From Bilabrum cf. latius (taxonomy: Eukaryota): a stretch of 64,000 nucleotides of DNA. Positions 26,782 to 38,294 of the stretch are shown in pieces. The number at the start of each line of letters is the position of its first letter. Position 1 is the first letter of the stretch. The notes under the pieces were generated by a model. It had not been told where the DNA came from, searched no databases, and was given only the letters and a program-made list of their open reading frames with translations. Location of the stretch: assembly GCA_965178125.1 (NCBI GenBank), contig OZ237755.1, forward strand, positions 868,001-932,000, written 5' to 3'. Position numbers and translations under genes: made by a program.

Positions 26782-29700
26782 AGCAAGCTTAGCTTAACTC
26801 GATCTTTACACTAATTGTTGGTATTGTGGTGTAGGTCACGGTTCTTGTGAGCATCAGGACGTATCCCAGTCGTGTCGAGAAAATCGCCACGTCACGGTGG
26901 CGTTGTCAATCAGCCTGCTGACCGAAGATGAATTCCTGAAACACACACTCGCCTCGCAGCGATGCATGCACCTCGAGCAACCGACTGCCACACACAGAGT
27001 TGCAGCGCAGCAGTCGTGCATCGTGGAGCCAATATCTGTCCCAATGCAATGGCGCTGGTGCGGGCGCCGTCTGGTCTCCATGCGAGCAGCGAGTTCCAGA
27101 TTTCGGATGGTCGGGCCGCTCAAGAAGATGAGTGAAAATCGGTTTCGGGGCCCAATTTCAGGCCAGATTACCGGTGCATTGCCGGCGTCGGAGCGCGTCG
27201 GAGTGCGACGCCGAGGAAACTTAAGGATTCAATCTGGCGATCCGCCGGGGCGGCCGGGCTGCGCGCCGTGGTCGGTTGGCGCAGGTTGCCAAAACGACGA
27301 AAAAGTTATCTGGGCCTCACGCCCGTCGGCGGGCGCAGCCGCTGGGTGCATATCGAATTACATCTGAATGCGCTCGGAAGCGCAAGAGCACATTTTTGAG
27401 TTAGGTCCTCGTTCGCGAGAAAAGTGCCGGAACGTGGGTTTTGGGCCTTGTGCCGACGGCCGCCGAGCACCAAATCCGCCCCGGCATGCGCTTTCCCAGC
27501 GGTGAGCGTGAAGCCGACTGGCATATAAAGTTGCGCATGCGTGATCACAAATGCTTGGTTGGGGTCCGATGCCGGGTCCGGCGCGCGCGCGGGGCGCTAG
27601 GTCCAATTGCCAAGGCAGGGTGGGAGCGAGCCTATATATAATATCCTTAACTAGACATGGCCTTAGGCCCCTTCCCCCGTCTGTCTTATAGGGGGGAAGG
27701 GGCCGGGAGCAGGCCGCGTCTCGTCCCGAAGCGAGGGAAGCCCAGGCCGGGCGTGACTCGCAGGGTGGTCGCGCAGCTGGTCGCAAGCTGGTCCGGTGGG
27801 AGGCCTGGGGGGAGCCGGATGTACGGCCTTGCCGGCTGCTGCCCTACGATATTCCGTGCAGACATTGTTGCATTAAACATAGTATGCAATTTATAGCCAT
27901 GGCGTATGAACGTGTGCGCGCAGGGTTGCCGGGGTCGCTCACCGTCACGGGATGTCACTGCCACGGCATCGTCGTACCCAGTGTTGTACACACGAACGCA
28001 CCAAAGCTGCGAGCCAGCAAGTTAAGTTGAACACGATGTCTACACGACTTGTTGGTATTGTGATGTAAGTCACAGCTCTTCTGAGCATCGCCACGTATCC
28101 CAGTCGTGTACAGGAAGTCGCCACGTCACGGTGGCGTTGCCGAGCGGCGAAGATGAATTCCTGAAACACACTCTCGCCTTGCAGCGATGCATGCACCTCG
28201 AGCAACCGACTGCCACACACAGAGTTGGAACGCAGCAGTCGTGCATCGTGGAGCCAATATCTGTCCCAATGCAATGGCGCTGGTGCGGGCGCCGTCTGAT
28301 CTCCCTGCGAGCAGCGAGGTCCACATTTCGGATGGTCGGGCCGCTCAGGAAGATGAGTGGAAATCGGTTTCGGGCTCGGCCGTCGGAGCAAATTTCCGGT
28401 GCGTTGCCAGCGTCGGAGCTCATCGGAGTACGGCGCCTAAGTAACTTCAGGTCTCAATCTAGCGATCCGGCGGGGCGGCGGGGCGGGTTGGCGAGGCATG
28501 TTGCAGCTTTTGGCGAAAATGACGATCCTGTTTGCCGACTTACGTGCCCGGCGCATGGAGTTGCCGCTGGGTGCGTTGCAATGTTTGTGTGTGTGCGCAC
28601 CTTTCTACCTGATGAATTTTCGAGTTAGGTCCTCGTTCGCGAGCAAGGTCCCCGGACGTCCGATTTCGGCTTGCTGCCGACGGAATTCTCGAGGTTTTTC
28701 GCCCCGGCATGCGCTTTCCCAGCGGTGGGCGTGAAGCCGACTGGCATATAAAGTTGCGGATGCGTGATCACAAATGCTTGGTTGGGGTCCGATGCCGGGT
28801 CCGGCGCGCGTGCGCGGCGCTAAATCCTTGTGCCAAGGTAGGGTGGGAGCGTGTCTATATATAATATCCTTAACTAGACATGGCCTTAGGCCCCTTCCCC
28901 CGTCTGTCTTATAGGGGGGAAGGGGCCGGGAGCAGGCCGCGTCTCGTCCCGAAGCGAGGGAAGCCCAGTGCGGGCGTGACTCGCAGGGTGGTCGCGCAGC
29001 TGGTCGCAAGCTAGTCCTGTGTGGGAGGCCTGGGGGGAGCCGGATGAATGGCCTTGCCGGCTGCTGCCCTACGATATTCCGTGCAGACATTGTTGCATTA
29101 AACATAATATGCAATCTACAACCCTGGCGTTTGAACGTGTGCGCGCAGGGTTGCCGGGGTCGCTCACCGTCACGGGTTGTCACTGCCACGGCACCGTCGT
29201 ACCCGTACCCAGTGTTGTACACACGAACGCACCAAAGCTGCGAGCCAGCAAGTTTAGGTTAACTTGATCTCTACACGACTTGTTGGTATTGTGGTGTAAG
29301 TCACAGCTCTTGTGAGCATCGCCACGTATGCCAGTCGTGTCCAGGAAATCGCCACGTCACGGTGGCGTTGCCGAGCGGCGAAGATGAATCCCTGAAACAC
29401 ACTCTCGCCTTGCAGCGATGCATGCACCTCGAGCAACCGACTGCCACGCACAGAGTTGGAGCGCAGCAGTCGTGCATCTTGGAGCCAATATCTGTCCCAA
29501 TGCAATGGCACCGGTGCGGGCGCCGTCTGATCTACCTGCGAGCAGCGAGGTCCAGATTTCGGATGGTCGGGCCGCTCAGGAAGATGAGTGAAAATCGGTT
29601 TCGGGCTCGGCCGTCGGGGCAAATTTCCAATGCATTGCCAGCGTCGGAGCTCATCGGAGCGCGGCGCGTAAGTTACTTCAGGTCTCAATCTAGCGATCCG

Positions 29701-32620
29701 GCGGGGCGGCGGGGCGGGTTGGCGAGGCATGTTGCAGCTTTTGGCGAAAATGACGATCCTGTTTGCCGGGTTACGGGCCGGGCGCTTCGAGTTGCCGCTG
29801 GGTGCGTTGCAATGTTTGAGTGTGTGCGCACCTTTCTACCTGATGAATTTTCGAGTTAGGTCCTCGTTCGCGAGCAAGGTCCCCGGACGTCCGATTTCGG
29901 CTTGCTGCCGACGGAATTCTCGAGGTTTTTCGCCCCGGCATGCGCTTTCCCAGCGGAGGGCGTGAAGCCGACTGGCACATAAAGTTGCGGATGCTTGATA
30001 ACAAATGCTTGGTTGGGGTCCGATGCCGGGTCCGGCGCGCGCGCGGGGCGCTAGGTCCAATTGTCAAGGCACTGCGGTAGCGAGCCTATATATAATATCC
30101 TTAACTAGACATGGCCTTAGGCCCCTTCCCCCGTCTGTCTTACGGGGGGGAAGGGGCCGGGAGCAGGGCGCGCCTTGTCCCGAAGCGAGGGAAGCCCAGC
30201 GCGGGCGTGACTCGCAGGGTGGTCGCACAGCTGGTCGCAAGCTGGTCCGGTGGAAGGCCTGGGGGGAGCCGGATGAATGGCCTTGCCGGCTGCTGCCCTA
30301 CGATATTTCGTGCAGGCATTGTTGCAACAAACATAGTATGCAATCTATAGCCATGGCGTTTGAACGTGTGCGCGCAGGGTTGCCGGGGTCGCTCACTTCC
30401 ACAGGTTGTCACTGCCACGGCATCGTCGTAGTACCCAGTGTTGTACACACGAACGCACCAAAGCTGCGAGCCAGCAAGTTCAGTTTAACTTGATCTTTGC
30501 ACGACTTGTTGGTATTGTGGTGTAAGTCACAGCTCTTCTGAGCATCGCCACGTATCCCAGTCGTGTACAGAAAATCGCCACGTCACGGTGGCGTTGCCGA
30601 GCGGCGAAGATGAATTCCTGAAACACACACTCGCCTTGCAGCGATGCATGCACCTCGAGCAACCGACTGCCACACACAGAGTTGGAACGCAGCAGTCGTG
30701 CATCGTGGAGCCAATATCTGTCCCAATGCAATGGCGCTGGTGCGGACGCCGTCTGATCTCCCTGCGAGCAGCGAGGTCCAGATTTCGGATGGTCGGGCCG
30801 CTCAAGAAGATGAGTGAAAATCGGTTTCGGGGCCCGAATTCAGGCCAGATTACCGGTGCATTGCCAGCGTCGGAGCGCGTCGGAGTGCGACGCCGAGGAA
30901 ACTTAAGGACTCAATCTGGCGATCCGCCGGGGCGGCGGGGCTGCGCGCCGTGGTCGGTTGGCGCAGGTTGCCAAAACGACGAAAAAGTTATCTGGGCCTC
31001 ACGCCCGTCGGCGGGCGCAGCCGCTGGGTGCATATCGAATTACATCTGAATGCGCTCGGAAGCGCAAGAGCACATTTTTGAGTTAGGTCCTCGTTCGCGA
31101 GAAAAGTGCCGGAACGTGGGTTTTGGGTGCCGACGGCCGCCGAGCAGGAAATCCGCCCCGGCATGCGCTTTCCCAGTGGTGAACGTGAAGCCGACTGGCA
31201 TATAAAGTTGCGGATGCGTGATAACAAATGCTTGGTTGGGGTCCGATGCCGGGTCCGGCGCGCGCGCGGGGCGCTAGGTCCAATTGCCAAGGCACTGCGG
31301 TAGCGAGCCTATATATAATATCCTTAACTAGACATGGCCTTAGGCCCCTTCCCCCGTCTGTCTTATAGGGGGGAAGGGGCCGGGAGCAGGGCGCGCCTCG
31401 TCCTGGAGCGAGGGAAGCCCAGCGCGGGCGTGACTCGCAGGGTGGTCGCGCAGCTGGTCGCAAGCTGGTCCTGTGGGAGGCCTGGGGGGAGCCGGATGAA
31501 TGGCCTTGCCGGCTGCTGCCCTACGATATTTCGTGCAGGCATTGTTGCAACAACTGACAAATATAATATGCAATCTACAGCCATGGCATTTCAACGTGTG
31601 CGCGCAGGGTTGTCGGGGTCGCTCACCGTCACGGGTTGTCACTGCCACGGCACCGTCGTACCCAGTGTTGTACACTCGACCACAGTAAAGCTGCGAGCTG
31701 AAGGTATGCAGCAAGTTAAGTTGAACACGATCTTTGCAGGACTTGTTGGTATTGGTGTGTAATTCACAGCTCTTGTGAGCATCGCCACGTATCCCAGTCG
31801 TGTGCAGGAAGTCGCCACGTCACGGTGGCGTTGCCGAGCGGCGAAGATGAATTCCTGAAACACACACTCACCTTGCAGCGATGCATGCACCTCGAGCAAC
31901 CGACTGCCACACACAGAGTTGGAACGCAGCAGTCGTGCATCGTGGAGCCAATATCTGTCCCAACGCAATGGAGCTGGTGCGGGCGCCGTCTGGTCTCCCT
32001 GTGAGCAGCGAGGTCCAGATTTCGGATGGTCGGGCCGCTCAGGAAGATGAGTGAAAATCGGTTTCGGGGTCCGATTTCAGGCCAGATTACCGGTGCATTG
32101 CCAGCGTCGGAGCGCGTCGGAGTGCGACGCCGAGGAAACTTAAGGATTCAATCTGGCGATCCGCCGGGGCGGCGGAGCTGCGCGCCGTGGTCGGTTGGCG
32201 CAGGTTGCCAAAACGACGAAAAAGTTATCTGGGCCTCACGCCCGTCGGCGGGCGTAGCCGCTGGGTGCGTAGCATATTACATCTGAATGCGCTCGGAAGC
32301 GCAAGAGCACATTTTTGAGTTAGGTCCTCGTTCGCGAGAAAAGTGCCGGAACGTGGGTTTTGGGCCTTGTGCCGACGGCCGCCGAGCAGGAAATCCGCCC
32401 CGGCATGCGCTTTCCCAGTGGTGAGCGTGAAGCCGACTGGCACCAAAAGTTGCGCATGCGTGATAACAAATGCTTGGTTGGGGTCCGATGCCGGGTCCGG
32501 CGCGCGCGCGGGGCGCTAGGTCCAATTGCCAAGGCAGTGCGGTAGCGAGCCTATATATAATATCCTTAAGGTCTAATTGCCAAGGCAGTGCGGTAGCGAG
32601 CCTATATATAATATCCTTAA
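26782..32620 (-). repeat. 5' end of the autonomous copy (26782-27650), four full ~1.2-kb units (27651-28873, 28874-30104, 30105-31327, 31328-32569) and a 51-bp terminal duplication
   Basis: Same unit and junction sequence as at 12810-16490; unit lengths 1223, 1231, 1223 and 1242 bp. Confidence 0.93.
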
Positions 32621-32714
32621 TGGCACCCCTACTGACGAATACAGAGCATCCATGTACAGTGATGTTTGGGCCGATAGTGGTATACTGATCGGATCAATTC
32701 CGAGTACGAGCTGA

Positions 32715-35096
32715 GCGAGACCAGCGCTCTCACTTAGGGGAATTCAGAAGAAGATAAAGGAAATAATTCAAAAAATCCTGGCTCAGCAGAAGACTCCGAC
32801 CCTACAGCGTGGTGAGCCGAGCCTGCGGACACTGGATGGGCGGTGCATTGTGACGGACATCATGGAACACGCGGACGAATTGTTGGACTAGGTTGCATCT
32901 GCAGGCCCCTCGAGACGATGGCACGAGGTGCAGATGGAAGCAGCCGGCTATTCTGTGGACAATGACGGTGATGCGGGAGCGGGGATGACTGGGGATGCGC
33001 CGTCAGCATTGGGTGCGGACGGGATGTGGTAGGCTTGGGCACGATGCCTGGCAAAGCGGGACAAGATTGACTTGCGGTCATTCCCACCGGGCTAGGCACC
33101 ATCATCTGCTTTGGACGTCTGGTATGGAACGTTGTCACACTGGGAGCGTAGGGGCGAACTGCAGCAGGGGGAGCGATGGGCAGCACGCTAGCCGTGTACG
33201 CTGTCACCTCGTGGAGCATGGCAGGCACATTTGGCTCGTTGTCGACGCTGCGGGGCGCGGGGCGCAGTGGAGCCCGATTGTGTAGCGGGCCGGGGGTTTG
33301 TTGGACTGGCACGACATGGGCTTCGGGCGGAGGCAGTCTTGAAGGTGTTGGGGGCGCAGCCGGTACGGGCTGACCCGAAGGACTTGCCGGCGGACGAGGA
33401 GGATGTAGTCCCGTTCGTGGAAGCAGCAGCGAGTGCAGGCAAGATTCGACCGGTGGAGGGCGCCGCGGTCTAGGTGACGCCTATGTTCGTTGCCAAGAGG
33501 ACCGCAATCGAGGTACAGCAGCGGGAGGGTCAGACACCACGCTTGGTGCAGCGGGAGGACACGACTGGCAAGCAGCGCCTAGTCACGGATATGAAGCGCT
33601 CGGGCGCGAACGAGGCATTTCTTGACTTGCGTTTTCGGTATGGTGATTTTGCTCGGCATTTAGCAGAGCGAGTGGGACGTGACAGGCACGAATGGGGGGC
33701 AGCCTTCGATTTCAAGGCGGCATATCATAGTATAGCGCTGGCACCGGGGCTGCAGCGATGGATGGCAGTTCGCGGAGTGGGTGGCAGCATGTTTTAGTTT
33801 GTGGTCTTGTCGTTTGGTTGCAGAATGGGCTGTTTTGTCGCATCAGTAGTGTTGGCAGAGTGTCTAGCGGGGGTGCGACTGCGCACCGCACATTGGGCTT
33901 TTGGGTACATTGATGATGGCTTTCTGTCAGCACGTACGGAGTCCCGCACTATGTAGTTGTTGTGGTGTGCCGTGCTTGTAGCGCGGGGGATTGGCATGAG
34001 GATATAGCCTAGCAAACTTACCTTTCCAACATAGGTGATTGAGTTCCTTGGGCTAAAGATTACCCTGGGAGCCCACTTGAAGGTGACACTGCGCTCGGAT
34101 CGATGGCCACGGATCCACGCAGTGCTGAGGACCGTTGAGCGAATGCGAGCTTTCAACATGCTAGCAACGAGTGCGCTGGCGGTCAAGGCTGTGGAGAAAC
34201 TGGCAGGACAGTTGGGCGCGGCTGCGGCAGTAATCCCCCACGCTTCGCAGCACGTGTTTGCGATATACTAGGCGGCTGCAAAGGCTCGCAAAGGTGGTAG
34301 GCACATCTGGACGGCAGAGTTCAACGAGGAATTTGAGTGGTGGCTGACATGTAGGGACCGCGGTATCTTGACAGCGGCAGCAGCTGCACCGATATACCCG
34401 TTGCCGGAGGGGAGAGCATCCGTGTTTTGTGCTGACGCGTCAGCCCATGGACTGGGTGCAATGTGGCGCCGAGGCAATGGTGATTCTGGCTTGATGAAAA
34501 TGGGTTTCCACGAGGACATGCAGTTACTATCCAGTACGGCACGCGAACTAGCATCACTACGAGCTTTTTTGTCAGGACCAGGCTAGTTGGCGAGGAGCCA
34601 GACTTGCCCAGAGGCGCTCTTCGTGCTGTCAGACAATCAAGCCCTGCCAAATTTGCTGCGGAAGGGCGGCTCGATGAAGGCTGGGTAGCGAGATGAGCTG
34701 CGAGAGATTGGAAGGCTGGCTGAGAACTTGGGATACGTTATCTTCCCCGTGTGGTAGAGGCGAAGTACACCGATCATGGTGGCATGCGATAGATTGAGCA
34801 GGGTGGAGGACGGTGCTGGTCAACTGGTGTAGACGGCGGGGCAGCGCGTGGGCAAAACGGGGTTTGTCTCGGCGGCAAGGGCGACATCTGACTCAACTTT
34901 TCATGCACCATTTCATCTTCGCAGGACCATTTGGGGAGCTGATCCCAGTGACTGGACGAGCAGGCTCAAGTGCTGCGGCACAACGGCGAGCAGCGGTGGC
35001 GGCGACTAGGACCCTGATGCTGTAGGAGAGTCAGCAGCTCGGCAAGGGAGCTCTGGACGCGCGCAGGCGGAATCTGACCATGCAGGCGGAACTTGA
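32715..35096 (+). CDS. Reverse transcriptase + RNase H of DIRS/Ngaro-type element (first ATG 32862)
   Basis: Single frame with ~15 TAG, ending in TGA. RT motifs KQRLVTDM, FDFKAAYHSI, F(Q)FVVLSFG, GYIDDGF, PT(Q)VIEFLG. RNase H motifs CADASAHGLG, SSTARELASL, LSDNQA, CDRLSR. Confidence 0.88.
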
Positions 35097-36141
35097 GGTC
35101 GTGGATCCGGTGGAGGCCATGTGGGCTTTGCTGACGGAGTAGTGCGCCGCCGGGTTGAAGTATGCCACAGTGTTGCGATTGTTCCAAGCGCAAACGGCGT
35201 GGTTCAGGTCAGCGGAGTTCCCGCGTACCCCACTCGCAGACGTGGAGCACAGGCAGGTCAAACTGGCCCTGCTCGGCTACAAGCGTAGATGTGCCGGGGC
35301 GACGGATCCGGACGCGGTACGTGCCCTACGTGTCCTGGTGGACAACCCTGTAACGTTGCGAGCACTAGTGATGATGGCCTGGTAGCTGCAGGCAGAGTGG
35401 GATTCGATGTGGCAAGGCCCAGCTGCGCTGGCCCGTGCGGACTACAACTCAACACCAGCGGTTCTCGATACATTTATGTGCTGCTATGTGGGGACATTCT
35501 GTGGCTTGGCCCGGTGGCCAGATCTGGTGCATCTGGCAATAGGGGAGATAGAGTGGACTGCAGCGTCTGATGACAACGAGGTTGTTCCCGTGGCACTGAT
35601 TGGGTGGCAGCGGTACAAGTCGCGGGTGCTCGGCGGCAACCCCGAGCAGCGCCCGCCAGCGGTCATTCCATGCTTGCCGGATGGATTCGAGGAGTTGTGC
35701 CCGTATCGGTGGCTGAAGTGGTGGGTATCAGTTCGGTAGCCAACATAAGGGCAGCGCGGGGAAGTATTCGCCTCTCGAACACGGGCTGCGCACAGTGCCA
35801 CGCTGCAGTGGATAACAGCGCAAGGGATTCCTGTGCACCGCAAGGGGGAGGGTGTGTACGCCTTCAAGAGTGCGGGAGTGTCAGCATTGCGCCAGACGGA
35901 CCCAACCAAGGACGAGAAGTACGTGCACGGCCAGGCTGGGTGGTCTCTGCCCAACATGCCAGCGGTGTATGATCGTTACTCATTGATGGAAGCGGCAAGG
36001 GTTACGAGGAGTGGGATTCTTCGGGCTATGGTGGGAGCTGGCTCCATCCCAGAACTTCTGAAGATTTGGGAATCCCAACGCAGGGAGCTTCACCGGAGCC
36101 CAGTGAGCAGTGGTGGGGGTGAACGGGATTCAGGGCTCTAA
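34813..36141 (+). CDS. Tyrosine recombinase of the retrotransposon; overlaps RT ORF 3' end; one internal TAA at 35746
   Basis: GLARWPDL (Arg), YKSR (Lys), LCPYRWL, GVYAFKSAGVS (at the HxxR position), QAGW, MPAVYDR (Tyr). Overlapping-frame layout is typical of DIRS-order elements. Confidence 0.75.
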
Positions 36142-36528
36142 CTGGGCCAGTGGGTGTTCCTTGCGGCGTTCGATGGGCGAACAGCCAAAAGGGGGGCCCA
36201 GTGTAGATCCCGTGGCCAGTGGCAGGTAGTCCCCATAGCGGCTTGAAAGGTCCGTGCCGCCTGCCCAGTGCCCGGGGAAGCACCAGCCAAAACCAAAGCG
36301 CCACGGAAGGAGGAGATTACGAGGAGCAGGTACTAGGTACGAGAGTGGAAGCTGAGGGCAGGACAAAGCGGCCAGCCGGGCCTAGGCGGCACGGAGACGG
36401 CCGTGCTAGCGACAGACGAGTGGGCGACGGTGGGTAGCGGCGCACGAGTGGCGCGTGGCGGGAGAGGGAGAGTGCTGGGGGAGCGAAGCATTGAGCGGTT
36501 GATCGACAGATCCACATTACCAACCATC

Positions 36529-38294
36529 ACACTGTTCGTTGCAACGCATAGCTTCAGTAGACCGGATGCATCCGGTCCAATCTTCACAAAACAAAATTCG
36601 GTGATATCTTACGTCCCTTGCATTGCTGCTACGGACGCAGAGCTCGCAAAAGCGCACGAAGAAATCGAGAGGTTGAAACACTAGCTGGCCTCGGCCCGGC
36701 AAACTGCCGCTGAAGCCGCTGGCCTGCTCCGAGCTAGACAGTAGAAAGATAAGGATGATCCGCAGGTTGAGCCTGCAGAGAACCCAGCAGATAGCCAGGT
36801 ACCAGCGCAGCCTGTAAAGCCTAGCAAAGAAGGATCCGAAGCAACGGCCGAGCGGAGCCCGTCCATTGAGTCGCCCCAGGAGGCCCAGAGAGCCCAAGAA
36901 ACCTAGGCTGCACTAACAAAGGATAGTACGCAAATGCTTTTACCTGCCACATCCAGCGCAGTGCCGCTCGCCTTGATGGATCCGCGGCTACCTCCGGTGG
37001 GAGGGCCCCCCCAGCCGGGCATCTGCTGGAAGGGCTTCGATTTCGGTTTCATCAAGGAGTGGACGGGCCCGTAGCACACCAAGCACATGTGCAACACTCG
37101 GTCGCAGGGAGATGCACGCCTCACGTGCTACTCGGCAAGGCATGCTCACCTCTCGCAGCCCGCGGCTCCCCACGCCATGTGCTCTCTAGACGGCGGCGGA
37201 TGGCTCGACTTCACGAAGATGGCCCCGGCGTAGTGCCCCGCCAGCAGACCCGGCTGGAAATGTGATGGGTAGCCCGTGTACCACCGGTTCACCAGAGGCT
37301 TCACCAGCAGCCGATGCGAGCCAACGCCAGAGAACAACCCCGTGCAGCACCTGTCCCAGGACCACCTCAGGGACATGTTCAAGGCCTTTCAGCCGCTGGG
37401 AGCGACAGAAGGCGAGGCGCCCCCGAGCGATGCATGGGGCTTGCCCTCTGGCCCCCTGGCTTTGTCTCCGGACAGTGCAGAGCTTGAGAGCCCAACCGCT
37501 GCTTCTGGCAATGGAAATGGCCCGCGCATCGTGCTTGCAGTCACCAGGGAGCGTGGGGAACACGCGAACCTGTTCCATGCCACGACGGATTTCATCAATG
37601 CGTTCATCGCACTGCATGGCATGGGTGTCATGGACGGGGAGCAGGGCAGGATTGCGGAACAGCGAGAGGCAGTCACCGGCAAGGTGGGCGTGCTGCTCCT
37701 CGACGAGCAAGCGGAGGGCCCCTTCGACGTAGTGTGGGAGAGGGTATTCGCGCCTCGGTGGGGGGTCAGGAGACCCTCAGTGTTCAAGCCGGCGGGGGAG
37801 GCGGGTGGCCTGCCGCAGTCCGGGGTGGGCCAGCACTAGAAAGTGCCGGAAGCGGGAAAGCCAATGCGCGGCCCTTAGTTGTCTGCCGACCGTGTCTTGT
37901 TTGTAGCGCCGGGTTATGCCTCCGCGTTCTTTCACCAGAACAAGGGGGATTCTCTGTGCCGCGAGCCGGTGAGGATGTACAGGGCATACAGGTCATTCTT
38001 CCTGGCCGGGCTGGGCGTGCAGGAGCCCAGGCCTGATCCCAGTGCGCCTCTGAAGGTGCTATTCGTGTCCCGCAGGCCGTACAACAAGTTTGTGGAGCAT
38101 TCGTTCGTGGGTCGGCAGATATCTAATGAGGATGAGGTGCTAGCCAAGCTGGGTCACGATGGCGGAAGGATGGTGTTCGGAACGAGCGGGGCGGTCGTGG
38201 AGAGAGTGGATTTCGTGCATTTTACGTACGAGCAGCAGGTGCAAAAGGTGGCTGAGACGGACATGCTGGTGGGCATGCACGGTGCAGCTCTGAC
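36529..38294 (+). CDS. GT61/EOGT-like glycosyltransferase, main piece
   Basis: One frame broken only by TAG. Motifs EHANLFHATTDFINAF, LKVLFVSRR, RQISNEDEV, YEQQVQKVAETDMLVGMHGAALT. Confidence 0.85.

Larger units (their letters stand above)
12810..32620 (-). mobile_element. Composite head-to-tail Helitron array inserted at an A|T target
   Basis: On the minus strand each unit ends in a 13-bp stem hairpin (GGCCCCTTCCCCC...GGGGGAAGGGGCC, e.g. 12825-12863), 11 nt of spacer and CTAG. The outer flanks are A (12809) and T (32621) with no TSD. A RepHel ORF in the same orientation lies inside. Confidence 0.88.
12802..36525 (+). mobile_element. Tyrosine-recombinase (DIRS/Ngaro-like) retrotransposon, ~3.9 kb of its own sequence (12802-12809 plus 32621-36525), with nested Helitron array
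   Basis: RT-RNaseH and YR ORFs at 32.7-36.1 kb. Boundaries inferred from the flanking ATCA repeat, whose removal restores the GT61 frame. Confidence 0.7.

Noticed and set aside
12810-32620. Many short repeated ORFs in the 1.2-kb units; possible rDNA, snRNA, SL-RNA or CRISPR array
   Set aside because: ORFs are not conserved in frame between units. There are no recognisable rRNA/snRNA motifs and no repeat-spacer structure, and the termini match Helitron ends.
32628-32700. CTGACGA resembling a hammerhead ribozyme core in the retroelement leader
   Set aside because: No downstream GAAA or supporting stems found by eye.
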